Source: the human T2T-CHM13v2.0 reference genome, Homo sapiens
DNA: 64,000 nucleotides
Reading direction: 5' to 3' (one strand)
Assembly (NCBI RefSeq): GCF_009914755.1
Contig: NC_060935.1
The first letter of the stretch is position 1. Every line of letters begins with the position of its first letter. The position numbers and the translations under genes are program-made. Positions 1 to 14,540 of this stretch are shown in pieces. Below the pieces are notes generated by a model. It saw only the letters and a list, made by a program, of their open reading frames with translations. It was not told where the DNA came from and did no database searches.

Positions 1-1618
1 TATTTTATAACCCCTCTGTAACAGGTACTGTCCAACATCCCACGGCACAACTGCAAATAAAACACTGCAAGCTCACTGAAGGCAGGAACAATGTCCCTTT
101 TGTTAACCTTATGAAAGAGTCCTTATCCCTATTCTTTATCTGCTGAACTCCTGCTTATCCTCTAGCACCCAGCTTATGTTATTGTAATTGTTTTTGTTAT
201 TATAATTGCTTTAATTTGGCCTTGAAAAAGATTTTTAATAGATACAAAAATGAGGTTCAGTGTAATTTACCCAAGATCTCGCAGATCTGAATTCTCAAAG
301 AAAAGTTTGAAGCTCTGGCCTGTCTGATTGCAAAGAATAAATACACAAAAAAATAAATAACTTAGGGAATAATGCCACCAAGTGACCATTTACTTAATCA
401 TCTCCCACAGCACCCGTCAGGGGGACCTAATATTAAACACATTGCTCTGTATTGATATTCACTCCTCTACCAGTCAAATAATTTAAATATGGCCACCAAT
501 AGCAAAAAGGAACAGTTGACATTTGTCCCATTACCAAGACAATTTCTTAGAATCTTGTTCTCCTTTAGATTTTTTATTTAAAAAGTATTATTTAATTTAC
601 ATCTAGGAGAACACCTGGCTCAATCATTAAAAAGATATAAAATTACAAAATGTTCTGGATATATAATTAAAGATGAACTGAACCTATTTCTTACCTATCC
701 TCCACCATGTCACACACATATACCACTCACGCCTCATTCAGAACATAAAGGAAATTAAACATTAGGATACAGAGAGCAAAGTGACTTGTTTGCATTTAGG
801 TGTTTGATTAGTTTCAGAATGGAGAGTAGACATGCTTCCCAAAATTTGCAGTCTAGCACATTTTTATTGACGTGCAGTGACCCTAGTTAAGATTCCATCA
901 ACTTGGCGACATTGTTTTACTTTTGTGCTTCCCGTTTTTTAACTTTTCTGCATTGAGCATGTCTGACTCTACCATCTATCTACATGCATATGAAAAGTAC
1001 ATACTTTAAGTCAATTTCTTAACTAATTTTTACAACATGGTAAGCTAGCAATTCCCCCATTCTATTTGACATTCCTTCCATTAATTGCACCAGAGCTATC
1101 TCAATATAATTTAGTCAACCTACGAAACTGAAATGCAAAATACAGCAGAAATGTTACCTGAATTAAGTAGAACTTAAAGAATAAGCATTTATTAAACAGT
1201 GATGATAGACCTGTAAATTTACATAAATAGTCATCAGGATATCTGATACCTATAATTTTAAACATTTTATTTTCCCCCAAAAGATGTATGAACTACAAAT
1301 AGAAATTAAAGAAAAACCAAGTTGGACGTTAATCTAGAGAGTGGTAATTAACCATTGTGAAATTCAAGCAAAGTAGTGGCCCATTTTAACAAGAGAAAGC
1401 CTTTCCCATGATCTCCCCCTGCCCTCAGAGACTTTATTTACTGAAGTCACTTAACCACTGATTTCTTCCTGACTATGGAGTGAATAATTTTATTACAATG
1501 TTGCCCAGGAACTCTCAGATCCACTGTATTCTTTGGATAAAAATTGAAATCAAAATGGCCACCAAAATAAATGTTTCTGAGAAAACTGCTTCACTGTCTA
1601 GATCCTATCAATTTTCTA

Positions 1619-1703
1619 TATGAAATTGTAAGAAAATATATGAAAGAAATATATGAAAGAAAATATATGTAAGAAAATATGTATGAAAATATATGAAAAA
1701 TAT
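1619..1703. repeat. Degenerate AT-rich tandem repeat (about 13-15-nt unit, GAAAATATATGAAA-like)
   Basis: About 5-6 imperfect copies. Confidence 0.7.
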
Positions 1704-2604
1704 TGCCTGTACTCAAAACAGACATAGCTGAAATTAACTGAGCCACCCACTATTCATTGAAATCATAACTGACAATGGTTTATAATCAGACATGGCAATT
1801 TTTCCCTTTACTTTCAGCATAAGAACAGGATGGACTCGAAAATGTGAACTATTATTTATCAGCTAGACTTTACATCAGATGATTTTTCTGAAGGCTGCAG
1901 CTTTGCCTCTTTATGCTGCAGCTGTGGATAACGCTATGAAAGAAGGTTTGGCAGACCTTCTATTTCAGCCATGTTTGAAAGAAAATAATAATGTCATCAA
2001 TTAGCAACTAATGCAATAGTTGAATTACTGTGGCTTTTAGAAAACATTGGAATCATTTGCCTGCCTGTGGGTCTGCCGTATACTCTGATAGAAGCAAACC
2101 AATGTTCAACTGACATTTTACTAGCTGGAGATTGATGGACAGTGTTTTTCCCATTTCAGAAACATAGGTTTACTTTCTGGCGTCTAGTTTCTTTATCGAC
2201 AAAATGAGAATGTTACTGATGAGCTGTCAAATTAGTGGGCATATAATAGGCATGAAATAAATATCTGTTGAGTGAATTAATTGATAATAGTGATCATTTA
2301 CTGAATTCAAACCAGATGTGCTGGATACCGTAGCATTCTCATTCTCATTTTGAATGTGGAAGGTATAAGGTTAGAAAGTAACAGATGTGGAATTCAAAGT
2401 GTGGGCTTTTCGAGGGGAAACAGTATTACACTGCCTTTCCTATAGATATTATGATAATTAATAAAATTTAAAATACCTCTGTGTAAGAATATGCAGGAGT
2501 ATAAGGTGAAAAAGACAAACTCAAGAGGTGGTTTGTATGGCTGGAATCTTAGCTCTACCATACATTTGCTGGATGGCTTTGAATAGCTTTTCTTCACCCC
2601 CCCG

Positions 2605-2750
2605 AGCCTGTTTTCATATATTTAGGATAAGGCCAATAATAGGATCTATCTCATAACCTTGTTATGAAAACTAAACTAGATCAATAATCTGTGTAATACG
2701 CTTAGCACAATGCCTGGCATATAATAAGCTCAGCATATAATAGCTGTTAG
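2605..2750 (+). mobile_element. MIR fragment
   Basis: cttagcacaatgcctggcatataataagctcagcatataatagctgtta MIR 3' core. Confidence 0.6.
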
Positions 2751-3030
2751 CTCGTATACCTGGGCCTCTTGACAGCAATTTTTGCTCAGTTGCCAGTAGA
2801 CTGATATATTTTTTCGTAGATAGCCAAACAGCAATGCACATATGTTGGTTAGGAAGACAATCTACTTCACTATAAAAGAAAAAGGAGGAGGAGGAGGAGG
2901 GAGGGAAGAGGGAAGGAAAGAAACAAATAATCTGAAGATCCCAAAACCATAGCCAAGGTGCATTCAGAAGGACAAGCAACTCCAAGTCCTCATTACTTCT
3001 TACTCTAACTGCAGGATTATTGCTACATAT

Positions 3031-3336
<306 letters not shown>

Positions 3337-3487
3337 TATTGCTACATATTTTATTCCCACCAAAAAATAAACAAAACACTCTCCTTCATTCCCTCAGCAA
3401 ATTGAAGCATATTCACATTTGCAAAAGAACCTTTACTAAATACTAAGAGAAAACAAAAAGAAAGCAATTACAAAAGCTACGAGCTCA

Positions 3488-3490
<3 letters not shown>

Positions 3491-3526
<36 letters not shown>
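3491..3526. repeat. (GT)18 microsatellite
   Basis: Direct read. Confidence 0.97.
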
Positions 3527-3531
<5 letters not shown>

Positions 3532-3707
3532 ATTTACTTTTCTCTGAGCTAATACCTATGGCTTTATTAATTCACTTCCTTAATAGGCTTTTTGCTCTCT
3601 TCTTGCTATTATCTGTTTTACACTTTTTATTGAGTGTGGATTTTTATAAGGTACCTAAAATAGTGGCAATAAAAGGGAGCCAGGTATAAAACAAAGGTGA
3701 TAAATGG

Positions 3708-3898
3708 GTAGATATATAGATGGAAGATAGATAAAAGACAGATAATTGGTAGATAGGTGATAGATAATAGATACATGATAGATAATGGACAGATATAGAT
3801 ACATACATACATGGATAGATAATAGAAAATGTGTACACAATAGATATGATACATGAGAGGGATGGAGGGAGGGAGGGAGGGAGAGAGAGAGAGAGAGA
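3708..3898. repeat. Degenerate (GATA)n / (ATAC)n followed by (GGGA)n(GA)n
   Basis: Direct read. Confidence 0.85.
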
Positions 3899-4090
3899 AA
3901 ATAAATAATTGTCCAGAATTTTTGAATCCTTGATTACTACCTCTAGGCAAGAAGGGATAGTATCCTTACTTCCCAGCTTCTTCGCTCCATCTGGTGGACA
4001 CCATCTTTTTTCCTACCACACAGGAGTCCATGAATGGCCTATCTTGTGCTCTTCTCTTGGACTACCATTTCTCGGGGCACTTAGACTGAT

Positions 4091-6185
4091 TCCATGACTT
4101 TACTATTGTGAATACTGCTGCAATAAACATATGAGTGCTGATGTCTTTTTGACAAAATGATTTACTTCCCTTTGGGTATATACCCAGTGGTGGGATTACT
4201 AGGTCAAATGGTAGTTCTATTTTTAGTTCTTTGAGAAATCTCCATACTGTTTTCCATAGGGGTTGGACTAATTCACATTCTCACCAACAGTTGCAGTTTT
4301 TATTTTTTCCCTTTTCTCCACATCCTCACCAACATCTGCTATTTCTTGAGTTTTAAATAATAGCCATTCTGACTGGTGTGAGATGGCATCTCATTGTGGT
4401 TTTCATTTTTTCTCTGATGATTAGTGATGTTGAACATTTTTTCACATGTTTGCTGGCTGTTTGTATGTTGTCTTTTGGGAAGTATCTGTTCATGTCCTTT
4501 GCTCTTTTTTAAATGGGGTTATTTGGTTTTTATTTGTTGATTTAAGTTCCTTATAGATTCTAGATATTAGTACTTTGTCAGATGCATAGTTTGCAAATAT
4601 TTTCTCTCATTCTGTAGGCTGGCTATTTACTCTGTTGATTGTTTCTTTTGCTGTGCAGAAGCTCTTTAGTTTAGTTAAGTCCCATGAGTCTATTTTTGTT
4701 TTTGTTTCATTTGCTTTTGAGGTCCTAGTTATAAATTCTTTGTCTAGGCCAATATCCAGAAGAGTTTTTCTTAAGTTTTCTAGTAGGATTTTTGTATTTT
4801 CACATCTTATGTAGTCTTTAATCTATCTTAATTTTGGTATATGGTGAAAGGTAGGAGTTCAGTCTTCTGCATAGGGCCAGCCAGTTTCCCCAATATTATT
4901 TATTGAATAGAGTATCCTTTCCCCTTCTTTATTTTTGTTGACATTGTCAAAGATCAGTTGGTTGTAGGTATGTGACTTTATTTCTGGTTTCATTATTGTG
5001 TTCCATTGATCTGTGTGTCTATTTCTGTACCAAAACCATGCTGTTATGGTTACTATAGCCTTATAGTATAGTCTTAAGTCAGAAAATGTGATGCCTCTGG
5101 CTTTGTTCATTTTGCTTAAGTGGCTTTGGCTATTCAAGCTTTTTATTAGTTCCATATGAATATTAGAATTGTTCTTTCTAGTTCTGCAAGAAATAATGTT
5201 GGTAATTTGATAGGAATTGCATTGAATCTGTAGATTGTTTTGGGCAATGTAATCATTTTAATGATATTTATTCTTCCTATCCATGAGCATGGGATGTTTT
5301 TCCATTTTTAGGTGTCATCTATGATTTATTTCATCAGTGTTTGGTAGTTTTCCTTATAGAGGTCTCTAACCTTCTTGGTTAAATGCATTCCTGGATATTT
5401 TGTATGTGTGTGTGTGGCAATTTTAAATATGATTGAGTTCTTGATTTGGTTCTCAGCTTCAGTGTTGTTGGCTATAGAAATGCAACTGATTTGGGGGCAT
5501 TGATTTTGTATCTTGAAATTTTACTGCAATTGTTTATCAGACATAGTAGTCTTCTGGAGGAGTCTTTAGGATTTTCTAGGTGTAGGATGACATCATTAGT
5601 AAACAGAGATAATTTGACTTCCTCTTTTTCCTATTTGAATGCCTTTTTTTCTCTTTTCTGATTTTTCTGGCTAGGATTGGAGGTACTATGTTAAATACGA
5701 GTGGTGAGAGTGGACATCCTTGTCTTGTTCCAGTTATTAGGAATAATGCTTCAAGCTTTTGCCCAGTCAGTATGATGTTTGCCGTGGGTTTGTCATAGAT
5801 GGCTCTAATTAGTTTGAGATATGTTCTTTTGATGCCTAGTTTGTTGAGGATTTTTATTATGAAAGTATGTTGCATTTTATCAAATGCTTTTTACTGTATC
5901 TGTTGGGAGGATCGTAAGGTTTTTGTTTTTAATTCTTTTTATTTGGTGAATCACATTTATTGCTTTGCATATGTTAAACCATCCTTGCATCCCTGGAATA
6001 AAACCTACTCGATCACAGTGAGTTATCTTTTTGATGTGCTGCTGGATTTGGGGTGCTGGTATTTTGCTGAAGATTTTTATGTCTGTGTTCATCAGGGATG
6101 TTGGCTTGTAGTTTTCGTTTTTATTGTGTCCTTGCCAAATGTTGGTTTCAGTATGATACTAGTTTCATAGAATGAGTTAGTGAGA
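4091..6185 (-). mobile_element. LINE-1 ORF2 fragment (old L1PB/L1MA-like), truncated and disrupted, antisense to GRIA4
   Basis: Minus-strand ORFs 4859-5155, 5576-5875 and 5880-6092 are ORF2p pieces ([34 protein letters not shown]). Confidence 0.92.
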
Positions 6186-6514
6186 AATAGGAGACTTTTT
6201 GATGCAATCATATTTATCTCCTGTATCCCCCTTTATACTTCATAAAAGGCAATCAGAGGCATTCAAGAAATACTTGATTTGAACTGAAATAAAAACATAT
6301 CTTTGTCTCATGTATTGGATTTTGAATTACAGAATTTAACAGCTAAATAGACATAATTAGATTTTCCACATCTTTTATTATCATTTTCCACATTTTTAGC
6401 CATTGCTTTATTAAAAATCTTTTAATATGTATAGGTTATTAATTTATGTTACTATTGAAGAGCTGCCATGTATAATAAACTAAATTTAACAATCTTTTGT
6501 ATTAATTTTTATAG

Positions 6515-6703
<189 letters not shown>

Positions 6704-7839
6704 TGATAGTTTCAAAATTTAAGATGAAAAGTTTATTATACAGTTTTTCCATTAACATTTTGCCAAACATAGTATGGCATGGGAAAAAAGCATTTTGTCC
6801 TTATAACTGCCTTGCACATGCTCTTAATAATTTCTAAATTTCTGTATTTAAGAGTAGAGTTTCTAGACATTAGCTCAGGCAGTTTACTATTATTATTACA
6901 GTACTATACATATGAATTTTCTTTCAGAATTAAATTTTTTTTAATTGTTAACTAAATGCTTCAAATGTGAAAGAGCATCCGTAACTTTTCTCCCACACAG
7001 AAATCTTCATGAAGTGATTTAAAATGAGTAGGCAAATTAGGAATTTAGCAGAAATGTAAAATATACAAGCTTCTGCAAAAGTTCTTTCAAATTAACGTGA
7101 AAAATCAGGTTGTTTTCATTGTTTTCTGACTGAAATTGTGAACATATGCTATTAATATTTGCTCAGAAAAAGCTGGTAAATTTCTGATCATAAGCATATT
7201 TGATCAAACTAAACAGATAGATGACTTTCTTAGACCTCATGTTAAATTATGGCATAATGTTTCTTAAATTCCAACTTAGTGGTTTGAGCCCCTACCTAAT
7301 AAGGCACCATCATCATCATTTGCTAATCTTTTACTTACAGTGTATTCCAGTAAAAAGTTTTATGTATAATTTGGAAACTCAAGCCTAGAAAAAACAAGAT
7401 CTAAGGCTAGAGGGCCTCAGCTCTGCTTCTATTTTCTAATTATAATATTTCATATTGGCTATGTCCATTTCTTCTCTGAAATACTGGAATTTGGCCAGCT
7501 CAGCATACCATCTTCACTGCCTTATAAAATCACAGAATTTCAAAACAGAACATTAAATGGATGTCCACTATGTGTCAAGCACTGTTGTCCAATCCTTTGA
7601 TTTTACAGATAAATACAAGCAAATTATTAAATGGATTTGTTAGTTGGCTGTCCTTGAGTCAGGGACCAGGTTCATGGAATACACAGGATATAATTATTTT
7701 AATGTCTCCTATTTGATTATATCCAACTAGACTTGTCTATGCTATAGCTTTGTTCTCTTTGTTATATAATCCTCTCATCCTTCACAACTCTTGGCATGAT
7801 GGTAGGCATTCAGTAGCCATTTAATAAATAAATGCAGTA

Positions 7840-8487
7840 CAATTAGTTCTTATTATTCACAGCAGTTATGTTCTATAAAGTCTCTTTAAATACTGAATAA
7901 GTAAATATAGAACTATTGCTCCAGGGGAAATATAGGGTTAAGTTCTGCTAGCCTCTGGTTACAAACTTTTTGTCAACTATTCAGTATATAACCTTGTTTT
8001 ATGGGTGTTTGTGTTTAAAGAAACCTTATTTAATGTATTGTTGGTTCATGGACATTGAACTCCTGGCCAACAGCACCATGGTTCATGCCCGAATGAAGCT
8101 TATTTAACATGCGCATTTTCTCCATAAGGCACATCACAGCCTTCTTGCACTTGCGAACACTAAACAGCACATCAACACTATGCTTTTGGGCCATGTTAAA
8201 CAGTGAAATCATCAGCAAAAAGCACAAAACTGCAGAAAACATGGCACTAAATAGAACACAAAAAGGACACTTGTTTACAGTATGAGAGCAGAAACAAGGA
8301 AACAGTGTTTCCTTGTTCAGCCACAGCTGGGACCTTGTGTGTTGGGTTACTCAAATTTTTCACCACTCTATACAGTTCCACAAATAACCACAAAAGTGCC
8401 ACAAGTATCGATTTAAGAGTAACAAATAAATATTAGCAAGGAGGAAAATTTGAAAATTTAGAATCCACAAATAATGTGGATTGATTA
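7840..8487. mobile_element. MER82-like non-autonomous TcMar-Tigger DNA transposon, apparently full length (about 650 bp)
   Basis: Degenerate TIRs (caattagttcttattattcac ... aaataatgtggattgatta) flanked by TA; internal sequence matches recalled MER82 consensus. Confidence 0.75.
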
Positions 8488-8529
8488 TAATTAAAGTGTA
8501 CTCTAAGTGTTTAATTTTTCAACCAAGAT

Positions 8530-8807
8530 TAAAAGCATGACTTCTGATCGTGTCACTTCCCTGCTTTAAAAAAATCTCCTGGAATCAAGGTTTTCCATTC
8601 TATAGGCCAATCAGGCCTTTCCAAGTGCATGATCCTCTGCCTCCTTTCTGATGCTCCAGCCAATGTGAGCTGCCCTGCATTTCCCCACCCTTTATCACTC
8701 CCTGTGCACGTGCTTCTACCTCAAAAGTCCTCCACCATCATGTCTACCTGTTGAAATCCAACCATCTTCCAAGGCTTTATCTCAAATTCCACTTTCTCTA
8801 TGAAATC
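8530..8807 (+). mobile_element. L2 3' region fragment
   Basis: tcacttccctgcttt... and caaggctttatctcaaattccactttctctatgaaatct are typical L2 motifs. Confidence 0.5.
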
Positions 8808-8837
8808 TTTTCTTTTTTCTTTTTTTTCAGGTTGACT

Positions 8838-9123
8838 TATTTATTTTTTTGAGACAGAGTCTCTCTCCGTCACCCAGGCTGGAGTGCAGTGTCGCGATCT
8901 CGCCCCTCACTGCAACTTCCACCTCCTGCGTTCAAGCGATTCTCGTGCCTCAGCCTCCTGAGTAGCTGGAAATTACAGGCCTGCCCCACCACACCTGGCT
9001 AATCTTTGTATTTTTAGTATAGACGGGGTTTCGCCACGATGGCCAGGCTGGTCTTGAGCTCCTGGCCTCAAGTGATCTGTCCCAAAGTGCTGGCCTTACA
9101 GGCATGAGCCACTGCGCCTGGCC
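8838..9123 (-). mobile_element. AluS-type element with small internal deletion
   Basis: poly-T, gagacagagtctc...gagccactgcgcctggcc. Confidence 0.9.
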
Positions 9124-9200
9124 CAGATCTGGTATTTGATACCACAGCAGGGTGATTACAATCAACAATAATTCACTGTACATTTAAAAAGAACTAAAAA
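9124..9200 (+). mobile_element. Short L1MA-type 3' UTR fragment
   Basis: agatctggtatttgataccacagcagggtgattacaatcaacaataattcactgtacatttaaaaagaactaaaaa resembles the L1MA 3' end. Confidence 0.6.
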
Positions 9201-10556
9201 TATATATATATATATATTTTGTAAATGTGATTCCTTTCCCCCTTGTAATCTCCATAGTATTTGATTGGGCAATTCTCATCAGGGATTTCATATAATTATT
9301 TGCACACTTACTGTTTCACTCCTATAAACTCTCTGGGGCAGTAACCATCAAATACTCATCTTTGTAGTCTCCATGATTCCTAGCTAGAGTCTGGTACATT
9401 TTTCAAAGAGCTCTCAGATATGATATGAAATTTCATCCTCATAATAATCACAATAGAGAGTCACTATTATCTTGTTTCATTTCATTTTGCTCTGTTTTAT
9501 ACTCCATAACCAAAAAAATGTGCTTCACATTCCCATAAACCTGTGTCACAGAATTAAAATTCATCCCAGTTCTTTCTTCTCTAAGTCCATACTTTTTCTA
9601 CCGCACTATGATTCTGCCCAATTCTGTCTTGTTATCTATAAATCTTAGTAAATAGAAATCATTTCATCATTCTAATCACTTATCAGAGCAGTAAATAACT
9701 ATAGGGCACTATTTACCCTGCCTAAAAATGAAATGATTAGTAAGAATATTCTAGGTGCCACCTAGAACTTGTCAGCCCCTAACTGTGGATTCCTGGATTA
9801 TAGCACAATAAGACACATAGAAAAGAATTATATCTTTTGAAAAGGTAAAACTGATTTAAACTACTTTTTCTTTCCGTCTATCAGCTCTATGACCTGTCAA
9901 ATCCCAGGTCTTTGCCACTCTGGCTGAATGTCTCCTTTGCTCTGCACCACTCTGTGTGATACCTGCTCTTTTTTCTGGTTCACATATTTCATAAAAATAA
10001 ACGAACTTTTTAAAACACAAAAAGTGCATTTGCTTTTTGGTGCCATCTCTTCTCAGCTTCTTTCTTCCTGTTGAAAAAGTGGCAATATTTTTCTTTTTTT
10101 CCTCCTTTGGTCCTCAAGTACTAGCATTGCATTTTTCTCTTGCCCTTTGTGACTTAGGCAAGATTCATTTTATTTCTCGTTTTTATTTTCTTGCCTTACG
10201 AAAAAAAGATGATTTGATGACTTTCTCTACTCAAAGATGTGTTGGGTCAGGCAGAGAAGGAGCACATTCAGTTTTGGTGTAGTACCTTGCTTAAACACCT
10301 TAATTTTTCTCAGCTACCCCATCCCAATCAATTGTGAAGGGCACATTTATCCAGAAGCTTGTTTTATCATGTCCTGGGGGAATATATAGGAAAGCTCTTA
10401 ATTTACATGGTTCTTTTAAATCCTTCTAATACAAGAGTTATATCCTATACTATTGAACAGTTCTTTGTTAGAATTAATGCTCCTTATTTTATCCATGTTT
10501 TAGTTTTTCTCTTCCCTGTAATGGTGGTTGCTATGTCTCATGGCCGTGTTGCCTAA

Positions 10557-10880
<324 letters not shown>

Positions 10881-12059
10881 CTAAGTTTACTTTCTACAAT
10901 TGGAATTTCAAATGATTTTTCTTCATTTGAAAGCACAAAATCAAGGAGATCATCCTCCACTTTCTACAGCACAAATCTACTGCTCAAACAGGCATGGAAG
11001 GTGTTAATTATAAGGAACTGACCATATGGAATTTCTAAAGGAGATAATGTAGTTTTTGCCATGATTAGTAGTTAGTAGTTGATACTATTTAGCACAGTGA
11101 CTAGTACATACCCATTTTTTGAATAAGTAGATCTGTCATGCTTCAAGAAAATTGTGCCCCATTTCCATGTGTTCAGGAATTTTCTAATAAGTCTCTACCA
11201 CAAGCGATCCCATGTTGATTTATTTTTATATTTAGAAAACTACATTTTTATCTCAATCTTTCCTCACTTTTTCCCCTAATCTTAATAATCTTTTCTCAGA
11301 GGTGGGGGGAGCTCACTCTTTTCTCAAAGAGAAGCAGATGGTCTACCCTTCACATCTCCACTTGGATCCTAGGTTATATTGAAAACTTTGACCCTAGGTT
11401 AACGAAATGACTTTGCCTTCCTGTGCACCTGCATTGGGTGTGGTGTGGCAATATCCATTCCCATTTAGCATAGTCACTGATGCATACACATTTGTTGGAT
11501 AAGTAGATATTATTTCTGGCATCATATTTCTGAATAACAATAAACAATTCCACTCATTCTTCTGGGAGACTGAACAAAGATAGATACTTCAAGTCCATGA
11601 ACTTATATTAAATCTCAGGGAACCTTGCTAGGCCTTTTGGAGCAGGAAAAGATTAAGAGGCCCAGCCCTCCTGGGGTTCAACCACAGAAACCGACTACAA
11701 GGCAGATTACAAAGCTGCATTAGCCTTTGATACATTAGCTATTTGTACTGGGACACAACAGAAAGGCCTTGCCTAGGGGTCTTTCTTCTCCAAATTGATG
11801 GAAAACTGTTTTATTGGAATTTCTATTTTTCAGAATGGTTTTTCTCCTTTTTAAGTCAGGATGATAAGATTTGGTATACAGGCTTTATATTAAAGCAAGA
11901 ATAGAAATTTCTGAAGCTAGAGTCAATTAATTATCAGTAATTTAACCATCCTTCAGACAGAATGGTGCTTTATGTCATAAACTTACAAAGACCCCAGACC
12001 ATTTCTGGCACTCGATAAGATTTTAACATTTACCATTATGTTCATTTTCATTTGGTTAG

Positions 12060-12245
<186 letters not shown>

Positions 12246-12419
12246 TAAGTTCAATTCATTTCATGGTCTTGTTTTAACTGAATGTTCAAAAAACAGACTA
12301 ATTTATCCAAGCACAAATACATATTACAATTGCTACTTAAATATATCAAGCCATCATTTTTGGAACATTTCTACATAAAATACAAGGTAGAATCTTGCTG
12401 TTTACATTTTATGTGGATG

Positions 12420-12770
12420 CATAATCAGGATAAGCTAGGTTATGTTGCAGTAATAAAAAACCCAAATCACAGTGACTCAAAACAACAAAGGAGCTTTGCT
12501 TATTCAGACACACGTTAGATTAGCAGGGGCTCTTGGCTAATTGTAATCACTCGAGGACGTAGGCTTGCAGAGCAGTTACCATCTTGAATTCTGCAAAGGG
12601 AAATGGATAGTTGGGGGCAGGTTTCAAATTGGCAATTAAATTCTGTGGCTTGATAATATCACCTGTCCTGCCTATTTACAACTCATATGTCAGAAAGAGT
12701 CTCATGGGCCTAGCTAACCACAAGGGGTTCAGGAAGTATAAGCCCACTTGGGTCCTGGAACATACCAGAA
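12420..12770. mobile_element. MLT1-type (ERVL-MaLR) LTR remnant
   Basis: caggataagctaggttatgttgcagtaataaaaaacccaaatcacagtgactcaaaacaacaaagg resembles MLT1J/K/L terminus. Confidence 0.55.
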
Positions 12771-13442
12771 CCAGAAATAATGACTACCTCTGGAGATCTT
12801 TAAATTGCTTTGTAACTTTGGATTAAGTAGTTTATTTTAGTCTTTTATAATTATACTAACACTATTTGTTCAAATAATTAAGGTAATATATACATATTTA
12901 ATGTTACATTTTAAATGTTCTGAAATGTCACAGGTTCAAAACATAGGTAAAAGCAAATTAAAAGGAAATTTGGAATAAAATATATTTCAATATTTTCAAA
13001 AATGTCCTTATACTTTTTGCTTCTTATATCTTAATTTTAATATTAGCAAGGTGAGAATATGATCTGGCATAAGTATCAGGGTTATTTAATCCATTTTGTG
13101 GATATATAGATAAAACTGAAAAGTAACCATAAAAAATTGCCATTCCTATAAAAATACTTTACAATTGAGGGAGGATTCTTCGACTAAAAATGGAAACTTT
13201 ATAATAGTAAAAACAAATAAAACATATTCCTCTTCCAGGGGTATAGCAAAATTGCTTATACATCCCTTTGATATTCCTATTTCAGATGCTATCCCAATAG
13301 CTCAAATACCTAATGGCATTTCAGTTAGTTGGTTATAGTTTATAGTTCTACTTTTTTAAGTAGTTATAAGCCCAGCAGATGAAGTTAAAATTCCTATAAG
13401 TGAAATTGCAAGTGAACACGTGTGGTTTTCTTTTTCACTTAG

Positions 13443-13607
<165 letters not shown>

Positions 13608-14384
13608 TAAAGGTGTACAGAAGAAAGATGGCTGAACATTTCCTTTTTTTGTGAGTACTTACAAATACTTTAGTACTTTCTTTATAATCAATGCTGTGAT
13701 AAATGTGTGTGTCATGTAATTGTATTTAGTAGTGTGCCCAAGCTGAAACAAACTAATTTATACACTGTTTATATCTCTTATCCAAAATGGATGCAATATT
13801 TTGGGTGGGGTTAGCAAAAAGAATCCCACAAAACAAAATTGGCTCTGCAGAAGAGAACACGAAGCAGTAAAGAGACATAAGCACCTCAAGGTAGTCATTT
13901 ATGAAATTATTAGAGCAAGTACAAACAAACTACTTCTAATGGGTGAACATATTTAGAATAGGCTGGGTGTTCTTGAAGTAATCAACTAGATAAATTTCAA
14001 TGACCAAAAGAGAAAGAAGATGGATGGTAAGATTATTATTAGGCTGAGAGGGAGAGAAACATCTAAGTTGTTCAGGAAGGTGCTGGTGCTAGGTTCCTGG
14101 ATTTGGGAAGATAATTATCTAGTGGTAAGATGTGAATAGGTATAGGAGCGGTCTTCCCAGCATTCAAGTACTTTATACAGTGCAACCATACAGCCCCACC
14201 ACAGTAATTGGTTATAAGTGTTTTGTAGCTAACTCATGTAATTTTTAACATTCCTTTTATCTAGGAACTAGGATGTTCAGGGAAACAGATATTCAAGTTA
14301 ACCTTATCTAAAAGCTGTATTTGGCTGTTTAAAAAAAAATTTCCAAAATATATTTTCATGTTTTTATGTAATGATAACTGCAAT

Positions 14385-14540
14385 TTATGAAATGCCTGCT
14401 GTGTCCTAAGCACTGGACTTGGTGCTTTGCATGATTCCATCCTCATGACAAACCTATAATTTGAGTAGTAGTATTTCTCTTTTTTTCAAATGAGAAAATT
14501 ATGGCCCAATAAGTTATCTTATCCAAAGCCTGTAAGTGAG
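14385..14540 (-). mobile_element. MIR fragment
   Basis: gcctgctgtgtcctaagcactgg...atcctcatgacaaacctat...aaatgagaaaattatggcc. Confidence 0.5.

Noticed and set aside
3495-3950. Cys/Val- and Tyr/Leu/Ser-rich ORFs (also 29417-29721)
   Set aside because: Translations of microsatellites
4859-6170. Reverse-transcriptase-like ORFs suggesting an active or novel RT system
   Set aside because: Frameshifted, truncated LINE-1 ORF2 fragments; no 5' UTR or ORF1
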